57,319 bases of DNA from Macrostomum lignano (lineage: Eukaryota), in the NCBI GenBank assembly GCA_002269645.1, contig NIVC01004163.1, positions 1 through 57,319 of the forward strand, written 5' to 3'. Below the pieces are notes generated by a model, which was not told where the DNA came from, did not search any database, and saw only the letters and a list, made by a program, of their open reading frames with translations. The first letter of the stretch is position 1; each line of letters opens with the position of its first letter. The position numbers were made by a program, and so were the translations under genes. This document shows positions 49,601 to 57,319 of the stretch, piece after piece.

Positions 49601-51998
49601 CCTGCCCCGGCATCCTTGGTAACGATGCAGAACTCGGCTGGCTCCCCGGTGCGGCCGTGGCTGAGGCCCGGCCCGTAGGCGGTCACGTGACCTGTGCCCA
49701 CGCTCTCCACGAAGAACTTGAAGGGCGAGCCGGGGATCGGCTGGTCGTTGTAGCGCACCGTCAGCTCGTGCATGCCGCGCTCGGTCGGCAGGTACTTGAA
49801 GGTCACCGTGCCGTCCCCGTTGTCGTCCAGGGTTGGCCGGGCGGTGCGACCGTTGGGCGTCCGGATGAGGCCTTCGACCCGGGCGAACACGGGCCCGACT
49901 GGGAGCTTGAAGTCCACCGGGTGATAGTCGGACGGCTGCAGGCTGGACGGGACGGCCTTCTTGGCGCCGACCTCCTCGACCTGTGGATTTTAAAGAAGTT
50001 CAATGTGTACTTTTAACAAGTAAAAGTGCATTTGATTGCGCGAGGGATCAGCTGGTTGCTTAGCTTGTGTGAAAAAACAGTTTAGGAAACTCGGCATGCA
50101 CTTTTGTGCTGTGCGCGCTTTGGAGAATTAACGATAATTAGCAGTTTACCTGAGAAAAATGTGATAAGTGAACTGGCAATAAACATAATTATAATTATGC
50201 TCCATACGGTAGCGGCAGTTTAATCATAATTAAGCACACAACAGAACTCAGTTATCAAACACGTCACGCATGTTTAACCCGATAAAAACGGTACCTAGGC
50301 CAAGAAGCGCCCGGAGTCGTTGCAGGTGACACAGGCAAAATAGGAAAGAAGTGACTACAGACGACTCTAAAACGACGAGATTTCGAGGTACAAGTCGCCA
50401 AAGTCCTCAGACAGTCGCCCAAGAGTCAATTTGAGGCGTTTTATTCTCTGCGACTCTGAGGCGACGCAAGTGACTCTGGGACTGTAGAGTCGGATCTGAG
50501 GCGACGCAAGTGACTCTGGGACTGTAGAGTCGGATCTGAGGCGACGCAAGTGACTCTGGGACTGTAAAGTCGGATCTGAGGCGACGCAAGTGACTCTGGG
50601 ACTGTAGAGTCGGATCTGAGGCGATGCAAGTGACTCTGGGACTGTAGAGTCGGATCTGAGGCGACGCAAGTGACTCTGGGACTGTAGAGTCGGATCTGAG
50701 GCGACGCAAGTGACTCTGGGACTGTAGAGTCGGATCTGAGGCGACGCAAGTGACTCTGGGACTGTAGAGTTGGATCTGAGGCGACGCAAGTGACTTTGGG
50801 ACTGTAGAGTCGGATCTGAGGCGATGCAAGTGACTCTGGGACTGTAGAGTTGGATCTGAGGCGACGCAAGTGACTCTGGGACTGTAGAGTCGGATCTGAG
50901 GCGACGCAAGTGACTCTGGGACTGTAGAGTCGGATCTGAGGCGACGCAAGTGACTCTGGGACTGTAGAGTCGGATCTGAGGCGATGCAAGTGACTCTGGG
51001 ACTGTAGAGTTGGATCTGAGGCGACGCAAGTGACTCTGGGACTGTAGAGTCGGATCTGAGGCGACGCAAGTGACTTTGGGACTGTAGAGTCGGATCTGAG
51101 GCGACGCAAGTGACTCTCGGACTGTAGAGCCGGATCTGAGGCGACGCAAGTGACTCTGGGACTGTAGAGTCGGATCTGAGGCGACGCAAGTGACTCTGGG
51201 ACTGTAGAGTCGGATCTGAGGCGACGCAAGTGACTTTGGGACTGTAGAGTCGGATCTGAGGCGACGCAAGTGACTCTGGGACTGTAGAGTCGGATCTGAG
51301 GCGACGCAAGTGACTCTGGGACTGTAGAGTCGGATCTGAGGCGTGCTGGAGCCGCAGTAGAGTCACTGAGTTGCGTCTAAAGCGCATCTGCGAATTAGAA
51401 TTGCATTTCGCATTTTTAACAACTCTATTTAGACTACTTGAGTTAGTAGAAAGTTAAGCGACTCTTGGATGACTTTTTCGCGACTCTTACGATTCTGCAA
51501 CTCACGTGAAGCGCTCGTGACTCAACAGCCGCCTCTCCGTCGCATTACAGTCGTTTGAGTCGTTAAAAAGTCACAAGAGTCACAGTGAGTAGTTTGCAAT
51601 GACTCTTTAGCGATTCAATTGTCATGGTAACGTTTTCAGCGGGTAAAAAAGCAGACCCGTGGACTGCAAAGTGAGGAGAGTCTCCAGTGAGGACCGGCTC
51701 TGCACTGGCTGTCTGGTTAAGCTTATTTACAAACAGTGTGAATGAAAATCGTGCAACAGCAGGGCATGCAACAGCGAGTCTGAGAAGTGAGCAGGGCTGC
51801 TGAGCCGGTCGGAAGCGATTCTAGGAAAAGCATAATTACCAAATCTTGCATGACACCGTCAAAGTCATCCAGCACCTGCAAAATTGGGGCACCGATTTTG
51901 GCGGAGCGTTGCGGACTGAGTGATGCGCTGCTGATGGCTGGGGATAACTGGTGAGTTCTAGGGGGGGGGGGATTCGGCAACCAGACAGACAGACAGGC

Positions 51999-52057
<59 letters not shown>

Positions 52058-52095
52058 GACAGACAGACAGACAGACAGATAGACCAGACGAAACT

Positions 52096-52157
<62 letters not shown>

Positions 52158-55100
52158 TAGACCAGACGAAACTGACAGACAGACAGACCAGACCAAACAG
52201 ACGGGCAGGCAGTAAATTGCACAGGCGCAGACAGTGGCCGAGGCCATTCAATCCCTCACAAAGGCCTGGCAGGCGGCGCTCTGAATTGAATCTCAATCAG
52301 ATTTACCCTTCCTCAGAGTCCTGTTGCTCTTAGAAACTGGTGGCCGATGCGGGGTCAGGAGAAGCGGCGGGGAAGGGAAGAGGCCAGGAAGCCAAGCTTC
52401 GCTTAACTCTCTGCTTCCAGCCTCTTCAAGGGGTCAGCAATTTTATACCTGGCGGGAAACCGAAGCGCCAGCAGGATTTGATCCCTAAATAATTCAGGCC
52501 TTGGTCGTGCAATCGGAGGGCGACTCAATCAACGGAGCCTCACCCCCCCCCCCCCCCTACATCTGGGCAGAGTGAAATCATACAAGCTGGGGCCGGCAGT
52601 CCCATTGGCTGCACTAATACAGACAGCTTCATCACGACTGCGAGGCTGAGGCAAGCTGATTAATGACGCGCACTCTGACCAGTGTGCGCGACACTGAGCT
52701 GCGGCGTACTTTGGGCTCATTGTTCTTTTCTTGTGTCTGCCTCTCCTACACCTGTCCTATGGATGCCTGTCCTCCTACACCTGTCCTACATGCATGGATG
52801 CCTGTCCTTCCGCCCCTGTCCTATGGATGATGCCTGTCCTCCCACCCCTGTCCTATGGATGATGCCTGTCCTCCCGCCCCTGTCCTATGGATGATGCCTG
52901 TCCTCCCGCCCCTGTCCTATGGATGATGCCTGTCCTCCCGCCCCTGTCCTATGGATGATGCCTGTCCTCCCGCCCCTGCCCTTTGGATGATGCCTGTCTG
53001 TCCTGCCCTGTCCTTTGGATGATGCCTGTCTGTCCTGCCCTGTCCTTTGGATGATGCCGGTCTGTCCTGCCCTGTCCTTTGGATGATGCCGGTCTGTCCT
53101 ACCCTGTCCTATGGATGATGCCTGTCCTCCCGCCCCTGTCCTATGGATGATGCCTGTCTGTCCTGCCCTGTCCTTTGGATGATGCCGGTCTGTCCTGCCC
53201 TGTCCTTTGGATGATGCCTGTCTGTCCTGCCCTGTCCTTTGGATGATGCCGGTCTGTCCTGCCCTGTCCTTTGGATGATGCCGGTCTGTCCTACCCTGTC
53301 CTATGGATGATGCCTATCCTCCCGCCCCTGTCCTATGGATGATGCCTGTCTGTCCTGCCCTGTCCTATGGATGATGCCTATCCTCCCGCCCCTGTCCTAT
53401 GGATGATGCCTGTCCTCCCGCCCCTGTCCTATGGATGATGCCTGTCCTCCCGCCCCTGTCCTATGGATGATGCCTGTCCTCCTAACCTGTCCTCATATCC
53501 GTAGTTTACCTTCAGCCGAACGCCAAGCACGGTAGGCCGCGCCCATCGCAGGTCTTCAATGCAGAGAACCTTTGCCGCTAGCATTGGAGGAGACTTGAGC
53601 AACTGAGTGACTGACAGCCGACACGGAGGAAAATCTAATTGCCAAGACAGAACAGAATTCGCAGCCCAATGGCAAGCCTTGGGCGCAATTTATACGCACC
53701 AAATAAAAACCACACACTGGTGGAGTTATATTTACTCAGAGTACGGGGCGTGGCTGCCAGGGTCAGCCTCTCCTGTCTCTTCATTTCGCCACTCTGCCCC
53801 GCGCCTGCCCCTCCCGAAGGCTATAGAGTTCTTGCTACACAGCGCTTTGTACGCTGAGCATAAAAGTTATTGTCAGAGATTGCAGCACACGCAAACACGG
53901 ACTGCATACAGGCGGGTGGAGTACAGCGTGTGGTGGCGGCAAGGCAGAGAAGAAGGAATTTCGCAGGAATCTTGGGGCTGCGATTGTTCGCCGAATTGAT
54001 GAATAAAGACACCAGGGGCTACGAGAATTAATTAGACAGACATGAGACATCTCTGAGTTTGGCCACAATAGACAGTTGAATGACTGATATGAGTGCAGCA
54101 GTTAATGGCAGCTCAGCAAAGCAGGGGCTGAGACCAGGGTTAAGCAAAACTGATCATCTAGCAGTTAAGGTTTGATTAGGGTTTGTTGGATTAGGCAAAA
54201 AAATGTCAGGTAGTAAGTTAAGTGTTAATTGGCACTGGAAATCAAACGTGTTACTCATATATACTTACAGGTAATCTATTTGTTTAAAAGTACACAGCGG
54301 TATGTAAACCCTGTAGACAGATTCCTCCCACAGGAGCTAAAAGTGCAACTCACCTCCTGCTTGATCTCGCCGTTGGGGATGACCTGGCCGCCGAACTTGA
54401 TCTCGATGGTCTGCATGCCGGGCTGGCGGGGAGTGTAGTACAGGCTGACCGTGCCGTCGTCATTCTCCTCCAGGTCGATGTCGAGCTCCGAGTCGTTGGG
54501 CGCCCGGATCCGGCAGGTCACCTTGCCGGTGCCAGCGTCGGACGTATCGACGGTGATGATGGCTTCCTGGTGGGCCGGCACGCTGCTCTCGGGCGGCACG
54601 ACCATCTTCACCTTCTCGGCGTCTCCGGTGGGCTCAGTGCGCACGTGGTAGGGACTCTCCGGCACTTCCACGCCGCCGTACTTCACGCCCACGGTGTACC
54701 TGGACAGGTGTGAATGAGGCTTTGAGTCTATATCATCATAATCATAACCAACGTACATTGCTCAAATCATCCATATCGCTGAAGATCAAATATAAATAAT
54801 ATTCCTACAAGGGCAACGGGCACCCCTGGCGCAACGCCTTTGGCGACATCGTCCAACAACCAGCAGTGAGGCAATTCTACCCATTGCACTGACTCCTGAA
54901 TACTGTACATAGGCACGCACTCATGCACTCGCTCACGCAGGGTGTACAGCGGCTCTAGTGACCTTCTAATCATCAGGCATGTACACCCTCTGTGCCTTGG
55001 GCCTGAATCGCACGACAACTGCATTGCGAGCAGCTCACATCGACGCCTCACCTGCCGACATCCGCAGGCGTGTACTTGCACAGGTACACTCCGCTCTTCT

Positions 55101-56090
55101 GCGGCTCAATCCTGGGCGCAACCGGCCGGCCCTCGCTGTCCTCGATGGTCACCTGCAGGTCGCCCTCGCCGGCCTCGGTGGTGTCGATGCAGAACTCCGT
55201 TGGCAGGCTGGCCAGCACGCCGCTGGACCGGACACCCTCGCCGGTGACCACCACCTTGTGCGGCTCGCACTTTGGCAGGGTGTGCACGCTGAACGGGCTC
55301 TTCGGCACCTGCTGCCCGGCGTACATGACGTTCACCTTGGTCGGGCCCTCCCTGTCGGGCGTGTAGCCCACCGAGTACAGGCCGGGCTGGCCCGCCTGCG
55401 TGGCAGCGCACGGCTTGGTCTGGCCGGCCTGGGTGACGGTGGCGGCCAGCTGTCCGGGCCCGGCCCGGCTGGCGTCCACAGTGAAGGTGGCCGGCACGCC
55501 CTGGCGCACCTTGCCGGTCTCCAGGCCGGGCCCGTAGGCCGTGACCTTGTTCGGCGCGGTCTTGGCCTCGATGCGCACTGGGAACGGCGAGCCGGGGATG
55601 TCCACGTCGGCGAACTTCACCACGACGTCGTACATGCCGGACTCGCTGGGCGTGTACTGCACGGAGCAGGTGCCGTCCTTGTTGTCCTTGCACTGGATCG
55701 GCGCCTCGCTCGGCCCCTCCACGGCCAGCGAGAGGCCGCCCTGGCCGGCCGTGCCCAGCTCCACGGTGAACTCGGCCGGCTCGTCGGCGAAGCCGCCCTG
55801 CAGGCCGGGGCCGAAGGCGCGCACCCGGCGCGGGTCGCAGCCGTTGCTGACCTTCACGGGGAATGGCGAGCCCATGACGTGCAGGCCCTCGTACAGCACC
55901 TCCACCTGGTACGGGCCCTCCTCCAGCGGGCAGTAGGAGCACTCGTACATGCCGTTGCCCTTGTTCTCGACTCGGGCGGCCGAGCGCTGCTTGGACGGGG
56001 CGTTCACAACGCCGCTCACCTGGCCCTTGCCGCTGCGGTCCAGGGCGGAGGCGTCCACCGTGAACTTGGCGAAGGACTCGCGGAACACGC
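43687..56090 (-). CDS. FLN: Filamin (C-terminal half, Ig-like repeats ~11-24); 5' exons beyond window
   Basis: Phase-consistent, uninterrupted exons: 55052-56090, 54354-54699, 49602-49980, 46657-46911, 46243-46505, 44659-45970, 43687-44075. Repeated GPGL...[11 protein letters not shown]...[11 protein letters not shown]...GSPF units. Confidence 0.97.
44118..44620. repeat. 20-bp minisatellite (sense CTCCTGTTCTACTCCCCAGT)
   Basis: ~25 copies in the last filamin intron. Confidence 0.96.
46070..46235. repeat. ~29-bp minisatellite (tttatttgacctgatttgaccccagcgg)
   Basis: ~5-6 diverged copies. Confidence 0.8.
46960..47420. repeat. 30-bp minisatellite (gttgatcaacttgaggatctgggagtgtcg)
   Basis: ~15 copies. 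Confidence 0.96.
48125..49080. repeat. ~37-bp minisatellite containing GTCACGTGAC and ATTGG
   Basis: ~26 copies. Confidence 0.95.
50452..51342. repeat. 40-bp minisatellite (gcgacgcaagtgactctgggactgtagagtcggatctgag)
   Basis: ~22 copies. Confidence 0.97.
51840..51875 (-). other. Candidate 36-nt phase-0 cassette exon in filamin hinge 1 ([12 protein letters not shown])
   Basis: ccccaattttgcag|GTG acceptor and TTG|gtaatt donor; frame-preserving. Confidence 0.5.
51981..52200. repeat. (CAGA)n microsatellite
   Basis: Direct reading. Confidence 0.95.
52738..53488. repeat. 32-bp minisatellite (ggatgatgcctgtcctcccgcccctgtcctat)
   Basis: ~22 copies in two subtypes. Confidence 0.95.
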
Positions 56091-56419
56091 CTGGCGGACG
56101 GGGCAAATGGGAAGCTGGGATTGAGCTGCAGATGGTAGATAGAAAGTAGATAAAAAATCAACTGCAGTCTGAATAACGGATGAAAGCTGCACTACAAACC
56201 ATGCTTGAACGCAAACAGTTGCACCTAATTCACTTACTTCTTTAAGCCTACATCACGTCACGTCAACACAGGAAATCAATCGCAAACAAGCTTGGTTTTC
56301 ACTACAGATCACAAAATTTCTCTGGGGAACATAAGTTTTAAATGCATATGGTATCCGTTTAATTTTGTTGGGCCATAGAGGGCCTCATAGATAGGTTATT
56401 TCATGGACATTTTATGTCA

Positions 56420-57319
56420 TAGACAGTTTATGCCTGAGACAGTTTATGCCATAGACAGTTTATGGCTGAACAGTTTCTGCCATAGACAGTTTATGTCAGA
56501 CAGTTTACGCCTGAGACAGTTGTGCCTGAGACAGTTTATGGCTGAGACAGTTTATGCCTGAGACATTTGTGCCTGAGACAGTTTATGCCTGAGACAGTTA
56601 TGCCTGAGACAGTTTGTGCCTGAGACAGTTTATGGCTGAGACAGTTTATGCCTGAGACAGTTTATGCCTGAGACATTTATGCCTGAGACAGTTTATGCCT
56701 GAGACAGTTTACGCCTGAGACAGTTTCTGCCATAGACAGTTTATGTCAGACAGTTTACGCCGCCTGAGACAGTTTAGCCTGAGACAGTTTACGCCTGAGA
56801 CAGTTTATGCTGAGACAGTTTACGCCTGAGACAGTTTATGCCTGAGACAGTTTATCCTAGACAGTTTACGCCTGAGACAGTTTGTGCCATAGACAGTTTA
56901 CGCCTGAGACAGTTTGTGCCTGAGACAGTTTATGGCTGAGACAGTTTATGCCTGAGACAGTTTATGCCTGAGACAGTTTGTGCCTGAGACAGTTTATGGC
57001 TGAGACAGTTTGTGCCTGAGACAGTTTAGGCCTGAGACAGTTTATGCCTGAGACAGTTTATGCCTGAGACAGTTTGCCTGAGACAGTTTATGGCTGAGAC
57101 AGTTTATAGCTGAGACAGTTTTGTGCCTGAGACAGTTTGTCTGAGACAGTTTATGCCATGAGACAGTTTGGCCTGAGACAGTTTATGCCTGAGACAGTTT
57201 GCCTGAGACAGTTTATGCCATAGACAGTTATGTCAGACAGTTTATGCCTGAGACAGTTTATGGGCTGAGACAGTTTGCTGCGCTGAGACAGTTTGTGCCT
57301 AGAGACAGTTTATGGCTGA
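56420..57319. repeat. 16-bp minisatellite (gcctgagacagtttat), runs off window
   Basis: ~55 diverged copies in a filamin intron. Confidence 0.95.

Overview
Eukaryotic (invertebrate metazoan) genomic DNA: GC-rich exons, GT-AG introns, AT-rich spacers and very dense minisatellites. The style resembles the flatworm Macrostomum, but this is inference. All nine recognisable genes are on the minus strand: an ANK-LRR-Roc-COR (LRRK/ROCO) gene, two tandem short-chain dehydrogenases, a frameshifted KH-like/macro-like locus, three tandem SLC10 bile-acid:Na+ symporter genes, a two-exon orphan, and the 3' half of a filamin gene. The left 6 kb is non-coding: a >=1.5 kb-arm inverted repeat plus a composite repeat element. 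Highlights: (i) the Roc domain aligns gap-free to LRRK2 but its P-loop GKT is replaced by DRE and G3/G4 are also degenerate, suggesting a pseudo-GTPase ROCO protein; (ii) several intronic satellites are tandem amplifications of splice junctions, including ~53 copies of a 5' splice site, and paralogous introns carry unrelated arrays; (iii) candidate frame-preserving cassette exons in filamin. Exon models were built by eye from splice signals and phase checks. Several 1-nt homopolymer frameshifts suggest imperfect long-read consensus. No database searches were run.
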